Made by a program: the position numbers and the translations under genes
The notes under the pieces: generated by a model
Told to the model about the DNA's origin: nothing
Databases searched by the model: none
What the model saw: the letters and a program-made list of their open reading frames with translations, nothing else
In this document: positions 1-11,460 of the stretch, piece by piece
How the letters are laid out: each line of letters begins with the position of its first letter
Numbering within the stretch: the first letter of the stretch is position 1
Assembly: GCA_951406725.2 (NCBI GenBank)
Contig: OX597831.1
Coordinates: 82,522,001-82,586,000, forward strand
Source: Octopus vulgaris
Lineage: Eukaryota
Direction: 5' to 3'
DNA: 64,000 nt

Positions 1-21
1 TCTATGTATGTATATATATGC

Positions 22-78
<57 letters not shown>

Positions 79-91
79 GATATATATATGT

Positions 92-155
<64 letters not shown>

Positions 156-329
156 GTGTATATATATATATGTATATATATATGTATATATATGTATATA
201 TATATATGTATATATATATGTATATATATGTATATATATATGTATATATATGCATATATATATGTATATATATATGTATATATATGCATATATATATGTA
301 TATATATGTATATATATATATATGTGTAT

Positions 330-367
<38 letters not shown>

Positions 368-382
368 GTATATATATATATG

Positions 383-458
<76 letters not shown>
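1..458. repeat. Interrupted (TA)n/(TG)n microsatellite, left arm of an inverted duplication
   Basis: Directly visible; its interruptions are mirrored in 572-942. Confidence 0.9.
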
Positions 459-461
<3 letters not shown>

Positions 462-480
462 TGATTGATTGATTGATTGA

Positions 481-570
481 TTCTAGTTTCAGCTTATGAG
501 CTGTGGCCATGCTGGGGCACCGCCATTTGGTGTTGCTACTTGGTTTCACTTCACGAAAGCTTTCTAGCAA
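481..570. repeat. Truncated interspersed repeat; longer copy at about 2527-2710
   Basis: tctagtttcagctYaYgagctgtggccatgctggggcaccgccatt occurs at both sites. The first part is the reverse complement of the SINE 3' segment ggcggtgctccagcatggccgcag near 1296-1320. Confidence 0.7.
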
Positions 571-571
<1 letters not shown>

Positions 572-629
<58 letters not shown>

Positions 630-812
630 CACATATATGCACATATATATATACATATATATACACATATATATACATATATATATGCATATATATACAT
701 ATATATATATACATATATATACACATATATATACATATATATATGCATATATAAACATATATATATATACATATATATATATATACATATATATACATAT
801 ATATATACGCAC

Positions 813-871
<59 letters not shown>

Positions 872-888
872 CATACATATATATATCC

Positions 889-942
<54 letters not shown>
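572..942. repeat. Interrupted (TA)n/(CA)n microsatellite, right arm of an inverted duplication
   Basis: Directly visible; its reverse complement reproduces the landmark interruptions of 1-458. Confidence 0.9.
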
Positions 943-943
<1 letters not shown>

Positions 944-944
<1 letters not shown>

Positions 945-1361
945 CGCAGGAGTGGCTGTGTGGTAAGTAGCTTGCTAACCAACCACATGGTTCTGGGTTC
1001 AGTCCCACTGCGTGGCATCTTGGGCAAGTGTCTTCTGCTATAGCCCCGGGCCGACCAATGCCTTGTGAGTGGATTTGGTAGACAGAAACTGAAAGAAGCC
1101 TGTCGTATATATGTATATATATATATAAGTGTGTGTGTATATGTTTGTGTGTCTGTGTTTGTCCCCCTAGCATTGCTTGACAACCGATGCTGGTGTGTTT
1201 ACATCCCCGTCACTTAGCGGTTCGGCAAAAGTGACCGATAGAATAAGTACTGGGCTTACAAAGAATAAGTCCCGGGGTCGATTTGCTCGACTAAAGGCGG
1301 TGCTCCAGCATGGCCGCAGTCAAATGACTGAAACAAGTAAAAGAGTAAAAGAGTAAAGAGT
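944..1361 (+). mobile_element. Full-length tRNA-derived SINE (octopus type)
   Basis: Pol III A-box-like TGGCTGTGTGG, B-box-like GGTTCAGTCCC, internal microsatellite and a (GTAAAAGA)n tail. Degraded relatives lie near 3225-3385 (-), 24500-24855 (+), 24975-25110 (-) and 36760-37020 (+). Confidence 0.85.
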
Positions 1362-1466
1362 ATATGTATATATATATGTACATATATATATGTATATATA
1401 GATATGTATATATATATATATGTATATATATATGTATATATATATATGTGTATATATATATGTATG

Positions 1467-1499
<33 letters not shown>

Positions 1500-1659
1500 G
1501 TATTTATATATGTATGTATATATGTATTTATATATGTATATATATATTTATTTATATAGGTATGTATATATGTATATATGTATGTACATATATATGTATA
1601 TTTATATGTATATTTATATGTATATGTGTATGTATATGTATATATATGTATATATTATA

Positions 1660-1997
1660 TTGAGGGTACTACTATTCGTAGATACCAACACGCTAAGAGG
1701 GACCAATGCGGTCAAAACTACTAAAAATAAACAAAATTTTACCGAATGCAAAACTTCAAAACACATCATTTTAAAAAAGAATTCAGTTACATATCACATG
1801 TGATTTCGCATTTAATGCAGAATATGCATTTCATGTTCGTCAGTGCAACAAACTCAAGAAATATAAGAAAAAAACATAACATTACAAACTCGATAGCCAA
1901 CCGTAGGATTCGTCGTAGCTTGTACGAATGTTTATCCTTACATATCATGCTGACTACTGATAATTTCTTTTAAAGATTTTATCCTCAATTGTTAATT
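1660..1997 (-). mobile_element. Penelope-like element terminal-repeat remnant between (TA)n tracts
   Basis: Unique, CpG-retaining cassette bounded by TA repeats and containing a type I hammerhead motif. The class is inferred from the known association of such motifs with Penelope-like elements. Confidence 0.6.
1786..1849 (-). ncRNA. Type I hammerhead ribozyme motif
   Basis: Minus strand reads GUUGCA CUGACGA A-CAU-GA-AAUGCA-UAUUC-UGCAUU-AA-AUG-C GAAA UCACAUGUGA UA UGUAAC. Both core boxes are intact, stem I is 6 bp, stem II is hairpinned, stem III is palindromic, and the triplet is AUA. Confidence 0.8.
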
Positions 1998-2241
1998 TAT
2001 ATATGTATATATATATATATGTATATATATATGTATATATGTATATATATATATGTATATATATCTATGTATATATATATATGTATATGTATATATACAT
2101 ACATATAATGTATATATACATATATAATGTATATATATACATATATACATATATGTATATATACATACATATAATGTATGTATATGTATATATATATGTA
2201 TATATGTATGTATATGTCTATATATATATATATATATATAT

Positions 2242-2447
2242 GTTGGATCGTTATGCCCTACACGCAATTTTTTTTCTCTCCTTGTTTCTCCCCTTGTTTC
2301 TTTTCTGTGTATCTTTCTGTAGAAGAGCGTAGGCTCGAAACGTAAAAGACTTGTTTTATTTCTATTCCTGAGCGCCATACTAATACAATTGTTTGTTTGT
2401 ACTCCACCTGCCTTCGTCTTTTGTTTATTTTCGTAAACCTTCCCATT
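2242..2447 (+). mobile_element. Second (TA)n-embedded Penelope-like cassette with a variant hammerhead-like motif at 2312-2349
   Basis: ucuuu CUGUAGAA GAGC GUAG GCUC GAAA CG UA aaaga: stems I and II and the GAAA box are present, but the first core box is non-canonical. Flanked by TA repeats. Confidence 0.55.
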
Positions 2448-3794
2448 ATATATATATATATATATATATTATTTTATTTCATTTTATTTTATTTTATTTA
2501 TTTATTTTTATTTTATTTTAATTTATCTAGTTTCAGCTCACGAGCTGTGGCCATGCTGGGGCACCGCCATTCGGTGTTGCTACATGATTTTACTTCACGA
2601 ATGCTTTTTAGCAATTGCTATTTGGTGCATGAGAGAGTTCGATGCAGCTGTCCTCATCTGCACCTCCTGCCGTGAAGTTGGTTCGTCCGGGACACCTGAC
2701 AGGAAGGGATCCACAGAAAATATAATGTGTAAAGAATTGTAATCATCAAAAGTGAAAAAACACACAGAGTCACAGAGGAGAATTGATCTCTGTACTAAAC
2801 TGGCCCTTTATTGGCCCAAAACTGCCTGAGATTTGAATAAAGGGAACCGAATAAATACTGTAAGGCTTTGCATTTGATGACAGATCAATGACTACGTCAC
2901 GTCATCTACATGTGTGAGAGTGTGTATAAGTATATATGTATACACACACACACACACACACACATCTTCATCATCATTCTTGTTTACAAGTCCATTTTCA
3001 ATGCTTGCCTGAGTCAGATGGAATTTGTTGAGGCAGATTTTCTGTAGCTGGATGCCTATCCTGTTGCCAACCCTCACCTGTTCCCAAAGGTAATATCCTC
3101 CCATAGCAAGAGATATTGTTCACAAAAGACTGGAAACAGCTCATTTGCAATCATCATAAAATGTATAGACAAGAACATGCACAAAGACACACGCATACAA
3201 CACACACACACACACACACAAACGCATATGACCAATTTCTTTCAGTTTCTGACAACCAAATCCATTCACAAGTCTTTGGTCAGTCCACAGCTATAGAAGT
3301 CACTTGCCCATGGTGCTGTATAGTGGGACTGAACCCAAACTTCATGGTTGGGAAGCAAGCTTCTTAACCACACAACAGCATCTGTACCTACACACACACA
3401 CACACACACACAATTATATATATGTAGCATCTCCATGTTTTCGTTTTACTTGATGATTATGATGATCCACACCTTCAGTCCTTCCAGCATCTTGCTGCTC
3501 CCCCAATGTTCATGCATTGTGACTGGGGGTGGTGCATTCTGTTGCAGTAGACTGTCACTTATGCAACCCATTATGGTGCATCCCACAAAGTGCTTATCTG
3601 CTGAGCATAATCTTTGTCTCCAAAGAAGGTCAGAGATAATCTATGACTGTTTATCTCTAGGTCAGTCCAGCTCTGGGTATTTGGCCCTCCTCTTGAAGAT
3701 CTGAATGTAAGATAACACTTTGACCACATCCTGGTTTTTACTTTGGGATGGGAAGACCAGTAACAAAAAGAGAAAGTCTATGTGTGTCGCCTAC

Positions 3795-4119
3795 TACCAC
3801 TTGTGCTGGTGGCATGTGAAAAAACATTCAAGCAAGGTCGTTGCCAGTGCCACTGGACTGGCCCCCGTGCCAGTGGCACGTAAAAGCACCATTTGAGTGT
3901 GGCTGTTGCCAGTACCGCCTGACTGGCCCTCATGCTGGTGGCACATAAAAGCACCCACTACACTCTCAGAGTGCTTGGTGTTAGGAAGGGCATCCAGGTG
4001 TAGAAACTCTGCCAGATCAGATTGGAGTCTGGTGCAGCCATCTGGTTCGCCAGTCCTCAGTCAAATCGTCCAACCCATGCTAGCATGAAAAGCAAACGTT
4101 AAACGACGATGATGATGAT
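3795..4119 (+). mobile_element. RTE-tailed retroposon fragment ending in (GAT)n
   Basis: Shared motif aagggcatccag..gtagaaa...caacccatgctagcatg..aa..acgttaaacga(tga)n. Other copies near 6313-6560 (-), 15745-15893 (+), 21627-21777 (+), 22640-22815 (-), 23190-23390 (+), 51800-52015 (+), 60855-61051 (+) and 62483-62690 (-). Confidence 0.8.
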
Positions 4120-5828
4120 ATAATGTGTGTGTGTGAGTGTGTGTATGGCAAGACGCTATTGATTTTGATTCTAAAAAGCTTGAATGCCAACTGTTGTAGA
4201 CTATCTATTTCGGAATCTCACCTTTTGGAATAGGAAGATCACATTGATATGTTGTTACTAATGACTACAGATAGATGGTGGTGGTGGTGGTGGTGGTGGT
4301 GGTGGTAGTGTGAATGATGGTGATGATGATGGTGATGATAATGGTAGTGATGGGGGTGGCTGAAAGAAAGCTGCCTATGGCAGTAAACAACTGAAATAAC
4401 CAATGGTGGTGGTGGTGTGTGTCGGGGTGGAAAGATGCTAAAATTGCTGTGAGAGAGAAATGACTTCCAAATTGGAATTAAGGAACGAGAAAATGTCTTG
4501 CCTTCCTTCTACAATGTTTCTGAATAATTTCATTGAAAGTAATAAAATATGAGGGTTTAGGGAGTTGGTGGTGGTGGTGGTGTTGCAATTAGTGATGGTT
4601 GCAGTTGTGGTGGTGGTGGTTGTAGTAGTAGTAGTAGTAGTGGTGGTGGTGGTGAATGCTATGTTGCAATTAGTGGTGATGGGGATGTTGAAAGTAGCTG
4701 TTTAGTTATCCTCACAACGTATCAAGGTTGCAAGGGTCTATAAATTTACAATAATAATCCTCACTATTTGCGGTCATTCTCTTGTTAAATCACTCACTTT
4801 CGTCCTCCTCTCAACTGTGGAGGATACTTCCGTTTGGCTTACAACAGAAAATGTCCTGAAAGTTTTGATTGAGTATTGGTTCCTCACAGAAGGTAACTTG
4901 ACTTGGAGGTGTTCATCCTTGTCCAAGGTACTGATACCACAGGTACAGTAAGTAAATGTTTTTAATTTAGGTAGAAGACCAGGTAATTTTGAGGGGAGGG
5001 GTTAGTTGATACTATCAACCCCAATACTTGACTGGTACTTTATTTTATTGAAAGACACACGTGACCTTGGTAGGATTTGAACTCAGAACTTAAAAAGCCA
5101 AAAGAAACATTGCAAGGCCTTTTGGCCAACACTTGATCAATTCTACAAATCCCTCATCCTGCTTGAAAGAGTAAATGGAATGATTCGGTTAATCCATTAT
5201 CTGGTTTATCCTCCCCAACACATGTGCACACACACACCACCACCACCATCTCCTCTTCCTCCTCCTCCTCCTCCTGTAATCAGGCCAGATATGAGGATAA
5301 TGTTTTCCTTCCCACCAAGGGCCATCACAGCTAACTTCTCCATCCCACTCTCATTGAACCATTGAGAAGAATTAGGAATTGCATCTTTGTCAGACTCAGC
5401 TAAATACAGAACTTACTTTTCACTGAATGAGGTTAACAGAAGGAGGTTAACTCATACTCAGCCACGGCGTTCGCTCTCACTCAGGACACTGAGTGCCACT
5501 CCTCACTCAACATCATTAACACAAGTTCACAAGAAATATATGCAAACAATCTTCTGTTTTGTCTCCCTTCAGAATTATGTTTAAAGAATTTTACAGACAA
5601 TAAATAAGCAACGTTGAAGAGAGGCACCAACAGACGAGAGAAGAGAGTTCAGCTAAGAAGCAGGAGAAATGCTTTCATCTATTCTATTCTCATCTCAACA
5701 ACATACTGGCTCCTTCCCCCCCCCCTTTGGATTACTGTTGTTATTTGTTGTTGGTTATCTAAGTGTTTTAATCCAACCTCCATACATTGTAAATAAGAAA
5801 ACACTTGTCCAGCTGCAAATGTTGACAG

Positions 5829-5873
<45 letters not shown>

Positions 5874-6312
5874 AAAGGTCATTGTAACAATGAGTTGAAG
5901 AAACAAATCTAATTTCATAAGAAAAAAGGAAACTGGAAGACGGGAAGACAATGAAAAGATGGCTCTTTGTAGAGTGTGTGTGTGTGTGTGTGTTTTACTA
6001 CGGAATCAGTGGAGTGAGATAAAGAAATGGGAAGCATGAAGCTATTATTAGCAGTAAAAGAAGATGGTTTACTTGTTCAGTTTCTACAAGGAATATTATA
6101 ATGGAAGGTAATCAAGGCAGAGATTTCTGAATGCACGGAAGAAGAATATCTGTAGAGTGTCACAACAATGAGTTGTTGGAGAGTGTAATGTTGGCCAGTA
6201 GAACATTCTAGAAATGAGGAAGAGTTTTGCAAATTGATGTCATTGATTGTGGGTCACCCGAGTAAAAATATCAGCAAATAACAAATATTTGATATGACAC
6301 CTGAATATATAT

Positions 6313-6347
<35 letters not shown>

Positions 6348-7194
6348 TTAACATCTGTGTTCCATGCTGGCATGGGTTGGATGGTTTGACAGGATCCAAT
6401 GTATCCAAGGACTGCATCATACTCCAATGTCTGTTTTGGCATAGTTTCTTACAGCTGGATGCCTGTCCTAATGCCAACCACTCTAGAGCATGGTTTGGGT
6501 ACTTTTTTTCTCATGCCACCAGCACTATTGAGGTCATCATGCAGCTTGTAGAACTGCAAACCCTGGGGCCGAGAAAGGCAACTTCATGCTAGTGGACAAA
6601 GGATTGAACTATGAGAAGTGTGGTGGGGGAGGCAGTACGGGTTCTTTTAGGGGATCTGTATGGGATTAGTCACATCTTGTAAGGGGAGGAGGAAAAGGAA
6701 GAGAAAATGGAACAGATGGAGCAGCAACAGAAGAATTAATGGCAATGAAGGGCCTGGATGGATCCACAACGAAGAAGATGGGTTGAAGAATTTGTTTGAA
6801 AGATTGTAATGCAACTTTGTCTGTCCTCGGTCTGGGGCCCTCAAGCCAAACAGGTTGGACAAATTGCTTTCTTTTCCTTCCTCTTTTAAACACAACTCAC
6901 GTATTTGTGAACATTCATATTTATATTTATATTTTGGGCATACATGCATTTGGAAGGAGAATTAGGGGATAGGACACAGGGGTGGGAGGTAGACTGCCAA
7001 AATGTGTAGGGTTGAAGGGCAGACGAACAAGAAGCTATGAGTTGGGGGAAATAGAGGGATGCAGAAGAGAGTGTGGAGTGGCAAACAGCAGGAGTAGTAA
7101 AGATGATAGGTGAGGAGGACATGAGAGGGGGATGGCATGGTTGGGAACTCTGCAGGGCCCAGTGGGAGCAGGATGAAGAAACAAGCTTAAGGCA

Positions 7195-7825
7195 TGGGAA
7201 ATCGAATGATGAATCACTGTAATGTGGATGGAGAGCAGAATACATGGCACCTGCAGAACCCAGTTTTGCTTACAAGGACAGGTCTTTTTGAGACCCTCTG
7301 CCTTCTCCTTTGTCAGGCTCAGGGTCCTGAGCTCAGCCATAACCACTTCACACCATGTTTTCCTGGATCTCCTCCCACATTTAGAAAATGGCACTTCTTT
7401 ATTCAGCTGTCCTCATCTGCACACATCATGTGTTCATACCAATACAGGCATTTCTCCTGTATTTGTTTTACTAGGAAGATTGCATCTGTGGTGCCTCTTT
7501 TGAAGACAAAACAAAACTGCATCCGGATGGACCCACTCTTCTATCACAGATCTGTTGGGCTATAAGTTTCTTCATGACCTTCATAACTTGATCTGCTTGT
7601 AGTAGATAGTTATCTGTCAGTCATTGGTAATGACATCCTCCTGGGTGACTTGATTAACCATCCAGGGGCTAATCTTGTATCCCACCTCCCCACATATTTT
7701 AAGCATATCTGCAACTTTCTCCAAGGGACCTGAAGTTTTCCTCTCTTCATATCCTTCATCACTTTAGCTATCACACTGCTGTCAACTTGAATGGCAGGTC
7801 TGTCCACTGGATCAGCAGAAAAACA
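7195..7825 (-). mobile_element. Degenerate RTE LINE fragments
   Basis: Minus translations KCGRRSRKTWCEVVMAELRTLSL (C-terminal motif) and DRPAIQVDSSVIAKVMKDMKRGK (pre-RT region). The first is homologous to the C-terminal part of the RTE copy at 42321-43965. Confidence 0.65.
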
Positions 7826-7977
7826 TCACATAGTCTTTTTCTATCAAATACAATTATATTTTAATACTTCAAAATATAAATTTGGCAGACGTAAACAGAA
7901 AGAGTCTCATCATGTGTGTGTGTGTGTGTGTGTACACAATGTAAGATCAACTCTTGGACCAGATGGCAGATTGTGTG

Positions 7978-8280
7978 AAGGCATGTGGCCTAAGGGTTAT
8001 AGTGTTGCATACATGATCAGTAGGTAATGGGTTCAATTCCCAGACAAGGGACTGCATTGTGTTCTTAAGCAAGACACTTCATTTCACAGTGCTCTGTGAT
8101 CATTTTGACATCTAATGTGTGGCACACTTGTGCCACATGTGTGGGCAATGTCAGTTTGTGGAGAGAGTGAGCTTATGTAACCACAGACATTTGATTATGA
8201 GAAGCAAATCGTTTGTGTGGTTGTTCATCAGTGAGAAATTGCACAACTCTCATCTGTTGCCTAACAACAAGAGTACATTA
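7978..8280 (+). mobile_element. Degenerate tRNA-derived SINE
   Basis: A-box-like tgtggcctaagggtta, B-box-like gggttcaattccc, then ttcttaagcaagacacttcatttcac. Confidence 0.6.
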
Positions 8281-8807
8281 ATATTTGTGTGTGTATGTGT
8301 GTGCGTGCATGCATGTATGTGTGTATGTAATGTAAACTGCATGTGTGTTTGTTTACACACAAAAGTCACCAGCTACAAGCAGTTTGTTGTTACTTTACCT
8401 GTCAATAAATTGTCTGTTCATTTTGCACCTTTGAAGATGCGAAATGAGAGATGTGATCCTTAGAGGAACTGGTGAGGGTTCGGCAGAGCATCCAACTGTA
8501 AAGCAACACTTCAATAGTGTATTCTTCTAGCACACGGGGAAACGAATGTAAAAATGAATGAAGAGAACACTTAAGATGTAGGACATTGTACGAGAAGGCA
8601 AGGTTTAGGATAGAGAATCCCTTAATGTGAAAAGGGTCAGAGACAGTGTGAATATATTTAGAAATCAATATCATTTTATATATTGGTTTGCAATCAATAA
8701 TCAACTGAAGAAGAAGAAGAAGCTATATTCAGGTGCATCAGTAACCATTTCATATATTTGTGTTTGTTAATTTAAACCTAATACTTCAAACAGGAGCATT
8801 CACACAC

Positions 8808-8841
<34 letters not shown>

Positions 8842-8861
8842 ACACACAGAGTTGTGGTTGT

Positions 8862-9060
8862 TATTAGCCCCAAGTCACTCCTGATCAAGTAGTGTCAATA
8901 AAGACATTCCATCCATGACCATTTGATTTCTTTTATCAGGCATAATGTACCTGGGCTACATTATTCAATGTGACTTTGTTTTAAATATCACAAAAAACAC
9001 GAGGGAAATTTTGCAGCTCTTTTCATGAAATGAAGCAGCCCCCAAGGGTCTCCCTTATTG
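8862..9060. repeat. Old unclassified interspersed repeat
   Basis: Motif ttagccccaRgtca..cctgatcaag..g.c.atgatcaaa...attcca.ccatgacca recurs near 12550, 12990 (-), 13730 (-), 14560, 19715, 20375 (-), 38745 (-), 40025 (-) and 44510 (-). Confidence 0.6.
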
Positions 9061-9218
9061 TAAGCCTAGTTACATGCAGGAAGAAGCAAATCAATGCTTT
9101 CAGTGATATTATTGTACTTCATCTAACAACAAAACAGAGCAAAAATTAGTTGTCTAAACAAACATGTATGAGTGTGTGTCAGTTTGTTTGTCTACAAATG
9201 TGCATGAGTATTTATACA

Positions 9219-9614
9219 CTAGCAGTATCACCCGGCGTTGCTGAGGTTTGTCTTGACCCTTTAGAATTTGAAGTTTTGAAAAGTAAAAATTTTGCATTTA
9301 TGTAGCTTGTTATTCTTTTTAAGTGAACATTTTTCTGGTTGAAATACACCAAAAAACGGTGACACAGCAGTAAAAAAAATCGTAAAAAATAGGGATTTTC
9401 AGAGAAAAATAAAGCACCTTTTTGATGTAAATAATTTTTGGTGTTAACATGGTCCAATTTGAATCTTTTCTTCTATGGAAGGAAGAGCAAGCCTTCTTCT
9501 ATCATACTCTCAATTTTGGTCAACTTGCATCGCAGGGTCTCGGAGGAGATAGCGATAGTTGAAGGCTTCCAAACCTGCCATACACAGACAACTTCAGCTT
9601 TATATATATAAGGA
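9219..9614 (-). mobile_element. Non-autonomous Helitron
   Basis: Minus strand begins A|TC and ends with a GC-rich subterminal segment (cctcagcaacgccggg) followed by CTAG|T. No TSD. Homologous over its length to 62084-62478. Confidence 0.8.
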
Positions 9615-10237
9615 TATATATGCACTAGACACACCATATACAAACATATATTCACAATACACACACAGGTACATAAATACTTATTTTTCTCTCTATACAC
9701 ACACACACACACACACACACTCCCTCTGCATCTGTTGTGTGTGTATTAATGGGATGGCTACCTAATGTCTGTGGTTTAGTACCAGACTTGAAACCAGATG
9801 AAACATGTTGGATGTCACCTTTGAAGTATAAAATAACACACTCTGCCTTGAACTACATTGAGTACTTTGTTTTGATTTCCAGGCACATGGCCATATGTTT
9901 AAGGTTGTCTGGTATATGTGTGTGTGTAGTAGTAGTAGTAGTAGTAGTAGTGATGGCATATATAAAAAAGGAAAAAGTAATAGTTGCTGCGGTGTTGGTA
10001 TTCAACACAAATAATTCTGAAACAAATCAATGAAAATAGCCGTAAGATTAAATGAAATAATGGGGGGGGGAGTCTGATCTTTAATAAAAGAACATTTTTA
10101 ATTAAAAATACTGAAGACCACCACGTATTGGAAGGGAGAAAGACATGGCTAGATTAGGGGTGTTTGATGTCGGCTGGAATTGAACTATTGACCGTGGTGT
10201 CTGTATTTAATCAATGGGAATTGAGAGAGAGGGATGA

Positions 10238-10268
<31 letters not shown>

Positions 10269-10376
10269 TAGAAAGAGAGAGCTGGAGATAGCGAAAAGTG
10301 CAGAAATACTAAAATAACAGCAAAGATTAGATAAAGAGTTATTCCCCTTAGATCATTTCGTACCTGGCTTTGACTG

Positions 10377-10458
<82 letters not shown>

Positions 10459-11278
10459 GAGAAGGAGACAATAATAATGCAATAACGAAGAGTAAAAATG
10501 GTTTAAGGAAAATCTTAAAAACCTAAAATAACGTCCAAATTTGTTTTATGTCTTTGTATGCGGTGGAGGTTGTCCTTGTGCAGTCTGTTCGAGTGATTCT
10601 CTGGCGAAGAGAGATTGTGAACTCACAACTGCAAGTTTACCAAAACGCCAACATATTGCAGAGCGCTGCCTCTGGTGAGACACTTTGCCAGAGACAGATA
10701 AACTTGTTAACTCCTGGCAACTGACCTGGCCCCCACTCTATATGTAATGCGTGTCTGTGTGTGTGTGATTATATGTACACACACACGCACTGTTTCTTAT
10801 ATAACTGTGGAATATGGCAGAAATGAGGTAATCCCCCCTCCCCACACACACACACCTTGTCAGGGACAGTAGGCAGCAACAGTTATACTTTGATCAGTCA
10901 CCCCCACCACTACCCCCTTTCCCAAAACTAAGCTAACAACAGATCTGGGACATTGGCACAAACAACAATCCCAGACAGTGAAGAAGTTGCTAGAAATAGA
11001 AGCCTTCCCCTAACATTGTTAGCCTTATGTCTAAATGAGAAACAGTTAATGGAAAGGAGAAACAGCTGAGTGGTGAAGAGTGTATGAAGAAATTCCAAGT
11101 GCATGGGTGACAGGTTCGATTCCAGAACAGACATTTTTTGAGTGTTGTTGTTGTTGTTGTGAAGAAACAGCCATTTCAAAAGACCAACATCTTTGATGAA
11201 AGGAAGGTTTAATGCTACAGAAAGTGGTGTAGAATATTCTCCTCAAGCGTTGACTCTCGTGAGAGAAATAACATTATA

Positions 11279-11460
<182 letters not shown>

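Noticed and set aside
944-1015. tRNA gene
   Set aside because: No complete cloverleaf, and it continues into a SINE body and tail.
2-2378. Many long YI/CV/HT-repeat ORFs (also near 21.5, 22.9, 28.6, 54 and 60.7 kb)
   Set aside because: They are translations of TA/TG/TACA microsatellites that lack stop codons by composition.
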